From contig OX597818.1 in the NCBI GenBank assembly GCA_951406725.2, forward strand, positions 21,514,001-21,578,000: a DNA stretch of 64,000 bases. The letters run 5' to 3'. The notes beneath the pieces are model-generated. The model saw only the letters and a program-made list of their open reading frames with translations. It did no database searches and had not been told where the DNA came from. Source of the DNA: Octopus vulgaris (taxonomy: Eukaryota). Below, in pieces: positions 25,902 to 39,065 of the stretch; the stretch's first letter is position 1, and each line of letters starts with the position of its first letter. The position numbers and the translations under genes were made by a program.

Positions 25902-27034
25902 GTGTGTATGTGTGTGTGTCCTACCACTACTTGACAACTGGTGTTGGTTTGTTTATATCCCCATAACTTAGCAGTTTGGCAGAAGATATTGATAGAGTAA
26001 GTACCAGGCTTAAAAAAAAAAAGTACTGGAGTAGATTTTTTTTGGCTAAACCCTTCAAGGCAGTGCCCCAACATGGCTGCAGTCCAGTGACTGAAATGAG
26101 TAAAAGATAAAAAAGATTTTAAAATTCCTGTTGTCACACAAAAGGGCCCCATTTTTTATCCATAGATATTTTAATCCTTGTTTTCAGAAAATTCACGACA
26201 ATATTCTTTAGAGTAAGAAAATTATAAAATGTCAAGATATCTCTGTTTTGTTCTCTGTCCTCTTCCCTTCCTTCTTTTCATGGATGCACACAAACCTTTC
26301 TTTATATATTAATGAAAACTAAAGTTCAACAATCAATATTTCACTTCTGCGTTCACCTTGTAGTGGTGTCACAATGAATAATCATTGTTTTGTAATGACA
26401 TGATCTTGTCATATTATTATGCTAACAAGATACTTTGGAGTTAATAAGTCAATAACAACAAAAATGCTTTTAAGATTTGTGTATGTATCATTCTCATAAT
26501 CATCATTTTATGCCTGTTTTTCTGTGTGCCTGGTTTGGATGGATCTTTTTCAACATATTGCCTCACCACTTGTTCTCTTGCCTTGTCTACTTTTTACAGT
26601 CTATTGTCTTCTTTTGAACAGGTTCCTCTAATTTGGATTGCTTGGCATTTATTTACCCAACTGTTATCAGTCATATAACCATATCAGTACAGTTTTCTTT
26701 CTTGCACACTACAGCTGATTTTCCAGATCAACTCTGCTCCATCACTATGTCGTTCATTTACACTAATATTACACATGTGGTAGGGCATGCTCACTTTATT
26801 TATTTCCAGCCTTTACACAATCTTCCATGTTGACTGCCCAAATCATGCTATCATCATCTTTGCAGTTTGTACACAATCACATTGTAATCTGTCCTTCACC
26901 CAGAGACAGAATCTCGTATTACCATTAGAAGCACTAAGTCTCAGAATTTTCTACAGTTCTTATTCTGGCTACTATGCTTCCAGAACACCTACTTACACTG
27001 CTAATTAGGTCACCTAGATAACAGATATCAACTA

Positions 27035-27898
27035 CAGGGTGTTCAGGCTAAATTTGACAGTTTACATAAAAAGAAAATGCTATATCCTGTCCAAAAATAA
27101 AAGTATTTAAAAAAATTAAAAGATATCAACTAGATATCAACTAGGAGGTAGCAGTTTACTTAAAGTAGCCACTCTGTTTCCACAACAGTTCCAAAACCTG
27201 GTGCATGCATCCCTCATTTTATCCCTAGGAAGATCTTCAAACACCTCCTTGATCTTGGCCACTAGCTTGATCTTGGTGTTGCAGGTAGAGCAATTGATGT
27301 CTTTCTCAAACACACACATAGTAATTCATGGGATTACAATTGGGGGGATAAAGAGGCCAGAAATTGGGGCTGATGAAGTTGTAGAGATTCTCCAACAACC
27401 ACTTCTGACTCTTTCCAGAGGTCTGGCAAGAAGCTGAATCCTGCTACCACACATATGGCCTACAAGCAGCAGCCCTCTCCAGCCAGGGTTCAACCACAGT
27501 CTCCAACAGTTTCACATAACTGTCTGAATTGAGCCTGAATCCCTGTTCAAAGATGTGGAAATGAATTCTAGAGTGTAGATGCAGTCAGAATGCCTGCTGT
27601 GTCCCTTTCTGCTGGCTACAATTTCATTGTCTCCATTGCAGTTGTCCATGTCATGTCCTTACAACTTTATGGTGTTCACAGGGCATTAAGCAGTAATCAT
27701 GATGTCAGCATTTTGATACCTGGTGTGAATCATCATAATCCAGGTAACTCTTTTCCGATATTCAGATGTCAGCTAACTTTTTCTCAACTACAATTTTAAT
27801 CTTTATGTTCTCCAACACTGTTGATTGTTTTCCAGTGAGTCAAGCTGTTCCTGAAAAATGGATACAGAAAACTCACCAAATTTAGCCCAAACACTCTG
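27035..27898 (-). mobile_element. Tc1/mariner maT-like (DD37D) transposon, internally deleted
   Basis: TIRs cagggtgttcaggctaaatttg / cagagtgtttgggctaaatttg, with TA on the left. Translation YVW*QDSASCQTSGKSQKWL...FWPLYPPNCNPMNYYV has 37 residues between the second D and the (mutated) third. Confidence 0.85.
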
Positions 27899-28849
27899 GG
27901 CATTTGAAACAGTTCAGCTCAGGAGTGCTCTTACTTATAACTACTTCTATGCATCTGCTGTATGCAAAGTTCTTTGTTAGTTTGTCTGAACCCATTGTAT
28001 CTCTTGTATATCATAGTTTATCTAGATCTTTTCTGCATATTTAGCATGAATGGCCACTTACTTGTTGGCAGTAGTCTCGTGTTCTTTCCAGTTCACTAAA
28101 ACTTTTTGTCTTTGTTAAGGTTTACTTTTATAACTCTTGATTCTAGGCTCTACTTCCATGTTTGGAACTCTCTCTCTTTGAGTGATTTGGCCATGAGAAC
28201 TTAACCAATAGTCAGCTTATTATGGTCTAGAGAACTATGATAAACAGGAAAGAGTTAAGAACCAAGCCCTGGTAGACACCTACATGTACAGTAAATTCCT
28301 AGCTGATTTCATTACTAGTTTTCATCTACTGAAACCACTGCTATACATAGCTTGCACAGCTATTATGAACCATTCATGTACATCTAGTTTCTTAGTGACC
28401 ATCAGATCACAGAATGGAACCCTGTCAAAAGCCTTCACTAGGTGAACAACTTTTAGGTAGTGATTTGCTTTTAGCTGAAAGCTGCTCCTGTAGTTGTCTA
28501 AGATGACATTGGTGTTTCCTGTTCTAGCACAAATCTGAATTGCATCTCATCTACATTAATTCTCTTGCTAAGCTATGTTACAACTCTCTCCATTATTTTC
28601 ATAATATGGTCCATAAGTTTGATATTTCCCTCATAGCTCCTTTCTAGAACATTACCTTTGTTCCTGTAGTAGTTGAGGATAATATAGCTGCTCTACTACA
28701 TGATTGATCATGCACATCACTAATAAATATCCTACTTTGCTAAATATTTTTCATGTCCTTGATGACCCATCTTGTACTCAGTAACCATTGTAACATTTTT
28801 ATACCCCAGTCTTCTTGGCTTTAGAGAGGGTGAATATACTGCTATTTTT

Positions 28850-29222
28850 TTTCTGTTGTTTCAGTCATTAGATTGTGACCATGTTGGAGCACCACTTTGA
28901 AGAATTTTTAGTCAAAAGAATCTATCCCAGAACTTAGTTGTTTTAAATCCTGGTACTTTTTCTATTGGTCTCTTTTTCCTAACTGCTAAGATATGGGGAC
29001 ATGAACACACCAACACTGGTTGTCATGCGTTGGTGGGTGACAAATACAGACATTCGCATTCATATACAACAGATTTCTTTTCAGTTTCCATTTACCAAAT
29101 CCACTCACAAGACCTTGGTTGGCTCGAGGCTGTAATAGAAGATACTTCCCCAAAGTGCCATTCAGTAGGACTGAACCCAAAACCATATGGTTGGGAAACA
29201 AACTTCTTACCACACAGCTATG
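28850..29222 (-). mobile_element. SINE family A, near full length
   Basis: Aligns end to end with 49118-49540, with CpG decay. Confidence 0.85.
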
Positions 29223-30662
29223 CAACAACATCCTGATTCATATTGATATACTGCTTTGCAATCTGGAATATGTCTTTGATATTCACAAGATATCTTACTG
29301 TTTCTTACTTTGATGTTTTCTCCTTGCTAAGTGTACCTGATGTCTAATTTCTTTTCCAGTTACCTAATATTGTTACTGCTCTCTACTTTTTCTCACTCTT
29401 TCCGTCTTTGTCTCTTGCATTTGATGGTTCTACATACTGTATTATTCAATTACAATGGCTGTTTCTGTCTGTCTGGAGCTTTGCTCCATCTACTGATCTT
29501 GTCTGTGGTTCACAGCAGGTTATTTTGTAGAAACTCCCAGTTATATTCTCCTTCATATCATCTACTATTTTGAACCTATCTTTGCCTGAAGGATCTTTCA
29601 GCTTCCATACTTTTCTTCTCAAGGCTGTCTTGTGACTATGATCTCTCTCTCTGATGGCTTTCTTTTTAATGATGTTTTGTTGTACTATTACATATCCAAC
29701 TTTTCAAATGACAAACACACTGCTGACTTATGATTAAGATAACTCTATATTGAGAACACCTTTCCATGAGCAAAATTAAACTCAAAATGCCTTTGCTTAT
29801 AGGTCAAACCTGCTCTGGGGCTAAATGACAACAAAAGCATCTCTTCTACTTAATTCATCACTGCTTCTGATTGTTTCTTCTCAAGTATTTTTTGCTTTTC
29901 ATTGTCTATGTATCTTGTGATAGTCCTATTTCTGGGAACATGGCATTGGTAGATCATCATTATTATCTTCATGATGATTTTTACATTATGGCATGGGTTG
30001 TGCAGGTTTACCATAGAGCCTATCACCACTCATCTTGATCTTCTATCATTCTATCTATGAGACCTAGTATCCTCACATCTGACCACATCTGGATGCAAGT
30101 GTTTACAGTGTTCAAAGTAAATACGTTATGTTTTGCTTAACTACCGTTATGTTTCTGTGTATTATGAAACTGAACAATAAAGTGAATTTATATATCTATA
30201 TTGCTCACAAAAACTTTCCATTTTCAAATATCTATTTTGATATATTTCAATTGTAGTAATAAACCTATTAATGTCACATGATACTGGAGTGTTTCATTTC
30301 TTTTATGCTGGATACTATTTGCTTTTTATGTAACAAACACGATTTTGTATTGAAGCTAATTTTCACCCCTGCAGTTATAGTATTAAAAGAAAAAAACCAA
30401 AAACAATCTTATCTAGGGCAGTAAGAATACTTTCGACCAAAAGAAAAGTGAGGTCTTTGTTCACTTAGATTGTGACTGTCAGTTGTCATAATTAGGATAA
30501 ACTGATGAGAGATTTTTGTTTGTATGCACTAGTTTATCAGTTTTCTGATAGATTATACTTCTCACTAATATACATCAGTGCGACATATACATATGGTGGA
30601 AAATAACCATACACATGTGTGTGATGCTCTTCTACAGTTTCCATTCAATTTCACTTGCAAGT

Positions 30663-31236
30663 TATTTGTCAACCTGAGCCTTTGCTAAAAGATATGGCCC
30701 AGTTTTACATGTGGGATTGAACCCAGAACCATGTGGTTGAGGAGTGAACCTTTTGACCATACAGCCAAGCCTGAGCTTGTCACAAAAGCTAATAACTGTT
30801 GGATAAGACCCAATACCTGGATGTTGAACTTTCTTCTCATGTCCATTATAAGTATACTTGGTATCTTGGTATGTCTAAGTATATATATGTGTATCTATCT
30901 ATGTGTTTATGTATATGTCTATGTGTATACTTATGGTTTGTCTTTTTATGTCTCATAATTTACAATTTTGGTAACTAGGGATCACTAGATGTATTAGAGT
31001 TGATATGATATACCAAACCTTTTGACATTGTATCTCAGCATGGTTTTAGTCCAGTAAGCAAATGTTATATATGCATATGTATAATTTGTGTGTGTGTGTG
31101 TGTAAAAATATACTTGTGACAAGCTCAGGCATGGCTGTATGGTCAAAAGGTTCACTCCTCAACCACATGGTTCTGGGTTCAATCCCACATGTAAAACTGG
31201 GCCATATCTATTAGCAAAGGCTCAGGTTGACAAATA
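30663..31236. repeat. 123-bp near-perfect inverted duplication of a diverged SINE A head
   Basis: 30663-30785 vs the reverse complement of 31114-31236: 2 mismatches, 328-bp spacer. Confidence 0.93.
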
Positions 31237-31569
31237 TTGGAAGTTGTGAGAAAATAACAATCCTCAAAAGAATTATAGAATATTATACAGGAAAATTGTA
31301 GATACTATATTGATTTAAATGATGAATACTACCTTCAATAGACAGGAATGGGATGTATGCAACAGATTAGGTTTTATAGCAGCAATAACATATTTCATGA
31401 CCTTTTGGTATGTTTGTTCATGTAGAACTTGATGTCAGACAGTTGCAGGCAAAACAAATAGCTGATGTATATTGAAGGCAAACACAAACATTTGAATTTT
31501 AAGACTTGAAGTTCTTGTAGATGTATTTAAAAGTTGTTTACAGTTTTTGTAATTAATATAAAATAGCTA

Positions 31570-31710
31570 TAGGCATAACTGTATGGTTAACAAGTTTGAG
31601 GTTCAGTCCAGCTGAGTGGCACCTTGGGCAAGTGTCTTCTGCTAGAGCCCTAGGTCAATCAAAACTTTGTTTGTGGATTTCGTAGACAGAAACTGAAAAG
31701 AAGCCTGCCC
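31570..31710 (+). mobile_element. SINE family A head
   Basis: ggcaccttgggcaagtgtcttct...gtagacagaaactgaaaagaagcc followed by a (GT)n tract. Confidence 0.75.
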
Positions 31711-34700
31711 AAATGAGTGTGTGTGTGTATTTGTACGTGTGTATGTGCGTGTGTGTTTGTGCGTGTGTGTGTGTGTGTGTGCATGTGTGTACACATCTGC
31801 ACTTGCTTATTCATAAGTTAGGATATTAGTGTGGTGGTGTTGTCACTTCTATCAATAATGCTTCCACTTGCTTTGTGCCTTGAAAGCCATGTAGCATAAG
31901 CAATTCCTTACTTGGAAAACAGGTGAGGGTTAGCCTCAGGAAAGGCATCCAATTGTAAAACAATTTGCTAGTAACATTTGTCTAACCCATGCTAGCAAGA
32001 AAAGTTTGTAAACTCAGACAAAAACTTGATGGAAACTTAAAGTAATTAAATTATGTCAGGTTTGCAAGGCTATGTTTGGATGAAGAGCACAGTATGTGCA
32101 CTTGTGTTATAAATATTTATGTATGATAAATGTTTTCTATATATTGTGCATCAGAGATGAACTATTCTTGACTAGTCTTTCATGCTATAGATTTGTGTGT
32201 ATGTATACACCTTCCTATACCTGCCCATCTAATTTGCTTTCATGGGAAGTAGGTGAGAGGAAGTCAGTCCTCTCTAAAATTTAACAACTATCATAAAAAG
32301 TAGTACAGTGGTTGCAGTGTTGCATATATAGACCACACAGACATGAGCTCAAAAAACTGTGACAATCATTATGCTGTATCCTTGGAGAAAATAAATAACT
32401 CTGTCTACTCCTTAACTTACAACAGGGTTCACTCATATTTCACCATACGAGAACACTTGTTCCAAAAATATGAAAACCTTCAAAAGTGAGAAAATTAGTT
32501 CCAACATACCAGCATAGAAACTATGCATAATTAAAAAGGGGGTGAAAAATTGAAATCCCTCGTAACAATGAGAACTGAACTTCTCATCGCAAATTAATGA
32601 TATAAAGAAAATTGTCATGTGAGTATTAAATTATCAGATGTACTTTTAGAACAGAGTGTCTCATAAATAAGGTGACATTTTGCCTTATTAGTTTTGTCAG
32701 ACTCATGGATCATATACTTTACTGATCTGAATATTCTGAGTTATTGTTGTTTTGTTGTAGGTCATACCTGATTGGGAACACCTCTTGGTAAAGGTATCTT
32801 AGCCATGACCATTCTGTCATATGTACTCTGGAATACATTATCCAATGCTTTCATTTTAAAGATGATTGTGTGTCATTTAAGGATATTTAATTGCTGCTTC
32901 TAGCATGTAGATACCACTTCATAGGTGGTATTGTAATGTAATCGGTTTGCATCAGACCAGACTGTGTCTGCAGCTGACCTAATTTCAATTCTCAGCCAAT
33001 AAACTTTCATTTGGCTTTACAATGTCCACATCAAATGCATGAATACCACAATCTACTCATGCACTGCCATTCATTTTGGACTTAGTGTGATTTTAAGACA
33101 TTACTTTTATAGACTTTTCATATTAAAAATGTCTCTATATTCTGCAGTTATCAACCCACCACTGCACTTCCCTTTTTTTTGACTCTTTTTATCTCTATTA
33201 TTGCAATCTCTGCACTGCAAAACTGGTCACCTCTGTATTACCATTATTTATATAATCTACTTATTGCACTTGTTGCTCTTGTCACTATTACTGTCTTACT
33301 CCATTATGCAAAATAGTTTTTCCAAACTGTCTTCTACAAGAATATATCTCCTTTTCCCTTTTTGTCCTTCTCTCCCCTGTCATCAACTTATAAGAGTTCA
33401 AACTGCATATTAACAATTTTGACCTCGTGAAATAATTTGTATTTATTTTTTATTGTATAGAAGGTTTCAGATCTTGAAAAACAATTTATGCATCAGTTCT
33501 TATCTTTCCATCTTACTGAAGATTGCAAATATTTGATCAGAAAGCTTGTCATACATTTAATTATATTTGCCTTCTCATGCAATAGACTCTACACACTTCT
33601 CAGCAAACAGATGTTGAGCACTTTTATATTTATATTCTTAAAAATATGACTGACATATTGTGTAAGAATGTATGTAGCAGCAGAGATAACTGTATATGGT
33701 TTCTACTTATAACAGATTACTCACTACCAGAAAAGAAGTGAAGTAGTAATGTGCTTATACTTCAGTAAGGCACCAATGTATTTTCTATATTTGATGGCAT
33801 ATAAAAATGCACTATTTTCCTTAAAATTTTCAAAAAGTTACCCTGTATTACTTACATTAGGATCCCCAAACCGTTTTTTACATGAATATCTGCTGTTGAA
33901 ATTGGGGTGACTTAATAGGCCCATACATCTTTTATGCCATCAAGTATGGTATATTTCAATTTAAGATAGTCATTATTACACACACACACACACACAATAT
34001 TGTGAGTTTCTTTTTGGGAATACTCTTCAAGTGAAGATTTTCATTTCAAGTCCACCTACAATGAAAAACTCAAGACAAGTATGCAACATATATGATGGAA
34101 CCTGTACTTTGGTGAGTGTTCATTCAGTCAATGGAACTGCTTGTTCACTGAATCGTATCAATAGCTGAATATTACATAGATACTTGTAACATGATCTCCA
34201 GGTAGACTCCATGTAGCAAGGCTGAGTCTTTTGAATTATGTATGAATTTGCTGTCAAATTATGAGGCTTAGATTGACGCAAACCTGTGATAGAAGAGACT
34301 TGTCAAATGTGCCATGACAGGATCAATCTTGTAATCCATGTGATTGCTATGTGAACCTAATTGCATGGCTATGTCTCCATCACACATGTACACTGTTTAG
34401 AAATTTCTTTCCTTTTCAGTAATTTACTTCTTTTTTATACCACTCATATTCTCTCCTGTTAAACATGTCACCTAAATCCTATCCATTTCTCTTAAGACAA
34501 CAAACTTTGTAATTCCTTTGTTCGTACATATCAAAACATTTTCTTCCTTTCTATTCTTTCTTTTTTTTTTTAACATCTTGTTTTGCTAATGCTGTGCCTG
34601 ACTTTATCACATTCATTGCACATGTACTCTTTACCTAACTTGTTTCCTGAGCCTACCTTTTGTTTCTAGGCATCTTGTTACAGACCTTCTGTTTATTCAC

Positions 34701-36049
34701 CATTCACAGAATATCTCACCATTATTATGATGGAAAATATCTTTTGTTCATGCGTTCATTCCAGAGCAAATAAAATGTCTATGGTTGCGTATGTATATGT
34801 ATATATGTATGTCCATGTATACTCTGTGTGTAAGTTTGTATGTGCATGTAAACTGTGTGTATACACACATACACAGTGGGCTATTGTATGTGTTTTATCT
34901 ATGAATATATGTGTGTCTATGTGAATGTGCCTGTGCTACCTTGTATATATATATATATATCTATATGTTTATAAATAAATATGGCCATATTTTGTATGCA
35001 TACATGTGTATTTATAAATATTTACTATTCATAAGCACACATAATATTTTATGTTTCTATATATATATATGGTTTTATGTTGTGTAAATGTTTATATATA
35101 AGATATGCTGCCAACATTAAAAAAAATGTATCAAGAGAGAAAATTATTTTCTACTGTGTACTACTAATGGGCTATAATTCTATATATCATCATTATCATC
35201 AGTCTATTTTCAGAAGTTATCTACATTATGAAACCATATATACACACTGCATCCATTGGAGACTGGTATATTAGATTGAAGAACATAATTCATGCCCACA
35301 AATAATTTAGTGTTTATATATGTGTCTACATGTATGTTGCATTTACAGTGTATGCTTGCATATATATATATAAACACTTAGCACTTTATTTTCAATAGAC
35401 ATATGCTTCTAATGCAATAGTTCTTGGGTGAATGTAAATATCTTTCAAGGAGTTTGTAGTTTCTGTTATTTAGCTCCAGTTTTATAGTGTAAAGTGGATG
35501 AACGATTAATCTTCTCTTGGCTAGAATACTACTCTGTCACAGGTAAATGATCTAATGCCTATTCCCGATAACTAATTGGTGAACAGAGGTACTATGGAAT
35601 AGAGTTCTGTCTAGCAAAACAACAAAACACTTATAGTGTATTTCAACTCATGACATCTCAGCAAGTAGTCCAATACATTATACACTATACAGAGAGTGCT
35701 GGAGTAGGTTGCCATTACCACCACTCTGTAAATTTTATAAGGATAGGAAATGAGTGTTGCTTTTCCAAGTTTTCCTCAAGTATTTATGATTGTAATGAAA
35801 TGTAAAAGTTAGAACTAAAATTCAAGGCCAGGATGTTATTGTTTTCCAGTCTCACCTTAAGCTTGATCACATAAACGTGGTCAGAAGCATTCTAATCATG
35901 ATCGTTCTTTTTAGTAGTATCTAAGACTAACTTATCCAATATGTCCTTTTAGGGTCATTGAGTATAACAAAGTGAGGAAGATTTAACTGCTCTTTGTAAC
36001 AGATTAAGCACCTTTATATAGGTTCCTTCATTTGTTCATAGGTCTGGAT

Positions 36050-36160
36050 GATGATAAGGTTTGTTGGAGCTATGGTAGCAGACACTTGCTCCAGGTGCCC
36101 CACACTTGGACTGAACCTGGAACCATGTGGTTGGGAAGCATACTTCTTACCACACAGCCA
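36050..36160 (-). mobile_element. SINE family A head fragment
   Basis: gactgaacctggaaccatgtggttgggaagcatacttcttaccacacagcc. Confidence 0.75.
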
Positions 36161-38849
36161 GAATTTTAGATATTTAGTTGACCTTACTTTAAATTGGTAT
36201 TCAAAGTGAATAACTGCTATAAAAAACAGCAGTACTTAATAGTAAATGTGCTTTCATATTTTGTACAGGACTGAACTCATCCTTTGATTATAGCTTACAT
36301 AGGAATTTATTCCTCTTACATGTACATGTCATAAAACGAAGAAATCTTCCATGATGCTTTCATGATCCCATAGTTTATGAACCCACAAATAGTATATCTT
36401 ATACCAGATTAGGATGAAATTATTACAACTATATTTCTGAAATTACTTTTAAGTATGTTCCTGGATAGTTCTATTTGATCAAGCATTCAGGTAGCTAGTT
36501 CATTTTGAAAGAGAAACTTAACTATTAGCACATTAGGTATACTGATATATGTTGGGCCTTTTAGTTCTAGTTAAATTCATCATACGGTCAGCATGCTCAC
36601 TGTTGCCTTTCTGCCTATACTTAAAGAGTGTACATGCTGATATCTAAAAATGGATATATTATAAGGTTTTCATTCAAAGCTGCTTGTTGTAAAAGATTTT
36701 GCTATTCTGAGGAAGAGAGATTTATGTGTTATTTCTTGCAGGTGAGATTAACACACTTAGCATTTGACTGTTTCCTAAACTAATATATTTAACTAAAGTT
36801 TAGATTACTCTCTCAGATTAGAGGCTCTATCACCTTAATACCTATTCAAAAACTGGAAATGGTTGTGCATTAATTCTGTCATATGTTTACTTTTGTCAAG
36901 CATTTGATATTTGTTATTTTTATGTATTATGACACACTTGTCATATTTGTTTGGCACTCTACAAGAGAAAATGACTCCTTTCTCACTCTCCTGCAAGCTC
37001 TCTTTCTCTCCTATCTTGCTCACTTCCTCTCCTACTTGTTCTCTTTTCCTACCACATACCACTATTTCTCTCTGCTTACTCTCTCCCTCTTTTACCTTCT
37101 TTGTCTCTAGCTTTCTCACTCATCCACTTTTTCCTCTCTTAAGCCTTTTCTTCTCTCTCTCTTTCACTGTTTAAATCTGTTTACCTCCCAAGTAAAAGCT
37201 AATTTGATGTATATGTTCTGACAGTATTTAAACTCAACAGAATTTAGATGTGATCTTTTTATTACATTCAATATACTAACAGTACTATTCTCTAGTCCAA
37301 GGCCAACACGCTCTGTAAGAAGACTGTGAGCCATATATTTTGATATGTATATCCTTTCTTATCTAAGTGTTGCTCACATATAGAATATGTCATTATAATT
37401 ATAGTGTTATAGAGTTACTCTTTATCATGAAAGCTTAGCACCAAATGGACTTGCATTCATCTTTTTTTTTTGTAATTGTCTTTTTTTATTTTTAGTCAAT
37501 TAATTTTTTTTCCAAACGCTATATTTGGAAATTTAATGAATTTCTTTTTGCTTACTTTTGTCACAGTGATGTTTTTATTTATTTTTTTATTTTATTCTTT
37601 AGTCACCACTTTTTCTGAGGAAAAAATACCCTGGTCCTTTTCTTATTCAGCTTATATGACTTGTGGCAAAGACTGTAATGTGTGGGTTCAAATGAAATAA
37701 CTTTTCATTTAATGAGTACCAGTAATAGTCCCAGGATTGATGTTTCATTATTTTCTGGAACAATTTCCCTTTCTTTAACTGAGCAAAAAAATTAATCTAA
37801 TAACAAATTATACTTGAAGATATTACCTTGTCCTTTAGTTAGTTATCTGGTTAATAACAAGCAATATTTCATTTTATTGTTTAATAATTTTTCTAAGCTT
37901 ATATGATTGCCACAGCATATACTACCACAATACATTGAAGACATTTAAAGAGAATAAGTAGTATTAACATGTTGTGAAATTAAATTTCATGGTTATTCTA
38001 GTAATGATGTTAAATATGTACAAAAAAAAAAGCAGTTTTTTTCTGAAAGTTACATTGCATTAATAAACTCGACATACCTCAACAAAAATAGTTTCAGACT
38101 TGACATTCCTCAACAAAAGATAGATTGGTATATAAAACTGTTTTTCGCTGTTAAGGGGAATGAAATTTTGAGTGGATATATCTGATTTCCTCAGTAAAAG
38201 GGTCAAATAGAAAATATCTGTTAGATATTATGATACATTCAGTATGATTACATCCTATTGGCTGAAATTAATAAAAGAGGGGGAATTTTGGAGCTGAAGG
38301 GAAAGTAAGTAAAAAGATAAATGATAGGATAGATTGAAGAATTGAACATGAGTAGAGCTGAGGTCTTTCAGCTTGTCTGGAGATGCAAGAACAATGTCAT
38401 TAGGAGAGGTGCTACAGATAAGCAACATGAATAGCAGTTATAGATCAGCCTTAATTGAGTAAACATATTATCAAAGCTATTCCAATTGTGTTGTGTTATT
38501 TTCCTTTGTTTATCTGGAACTATATTATCCAATTTGTCTTTTTTGTCTGTTTAGGATGCTTGTGTGCCTTAAGAAATTTAGCTGATACTTTTAGCAGGTT
38601 GAATGTTCATGTAGAGGTTCCTTTGTTGGAACATTTAGTCATAAGTGACAAACACTACCCTTGATTTAGAAAACTATCTAGTGTATGTTGAATATATTTG
38701 TCATACCAAAAGATATTAAGACATTGTGTAACTGATAACATTGTTTTCTTTCATTTGTTAAGGCCACCATGGTCAAGGTCATGCTAGAGTACCACTGCTG
38801 TGAGGTATAATTAATAATGTCATTGGAGGCAGGGTTTCAATGATGGTCT

Positions 38850-39065
38850 GTTGAAGGAGCTTCAATGTGGTTGCTTGACCTGCTAGAAATAGTCAAATTA
38901 ACTATAACTAAAACCTTACTATCTTAAAAAAATGAAAAATACTAAAAATACTAAAGATGATGTAGTCCCAGATGCACTATAATCCCCACAAAATAGGTAT
39001 AATAACAGCTAGAAGACCTTTGATCATAGGCCTGCTAGATCAAGGTTAACTTGGGCTAAACATCT
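38850..39065 (+). repeat. Old unclassified dispersed repeat (ctgctagaaatag...tttgatcatagg.ctgct.gatca.gg...ctaaac)
   Basis: Related decayed copies near 6480, 6715, 22790, 29780, 32750-32900(-), 35850-36000(-), 53330-53430(-), 56600-56750(-) and 63000-63140(-). Confidence 0.65.

Larger units (their letters stand above)
25288..26115 (+). mobile_element. SINE family A copy split by insertions in its central (TA)n tract
   Basis: Head at 25288-25450 and tail at ~25902-26115 (cttcaaggcagtgccccaacatggctgcagtc...gactgaaa). Foreign DNA at ~25483-25901. Confidence 0.8.
26500..29700 (-). mobile_element. Decayed RTE LINE ORF2, interrupted by a maT transposon and a SINE
   Basis: Collinear remnants: KLKDP (~29590), DEMQFRF, LVKAFDRV, VGVYQGLVLNSFLFIIVL (~28270), CYLGDLIS (~27010), LWVKDRL. 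Confidence 0.8.

Noticed and set aside
33461-33650. Plus-strand acceptor followed by an open frame (KVSDLEKQFMHQF...)
   Set aside because: No donor, no recognisable homology and AT-rich codons, so it is compatible with chance.
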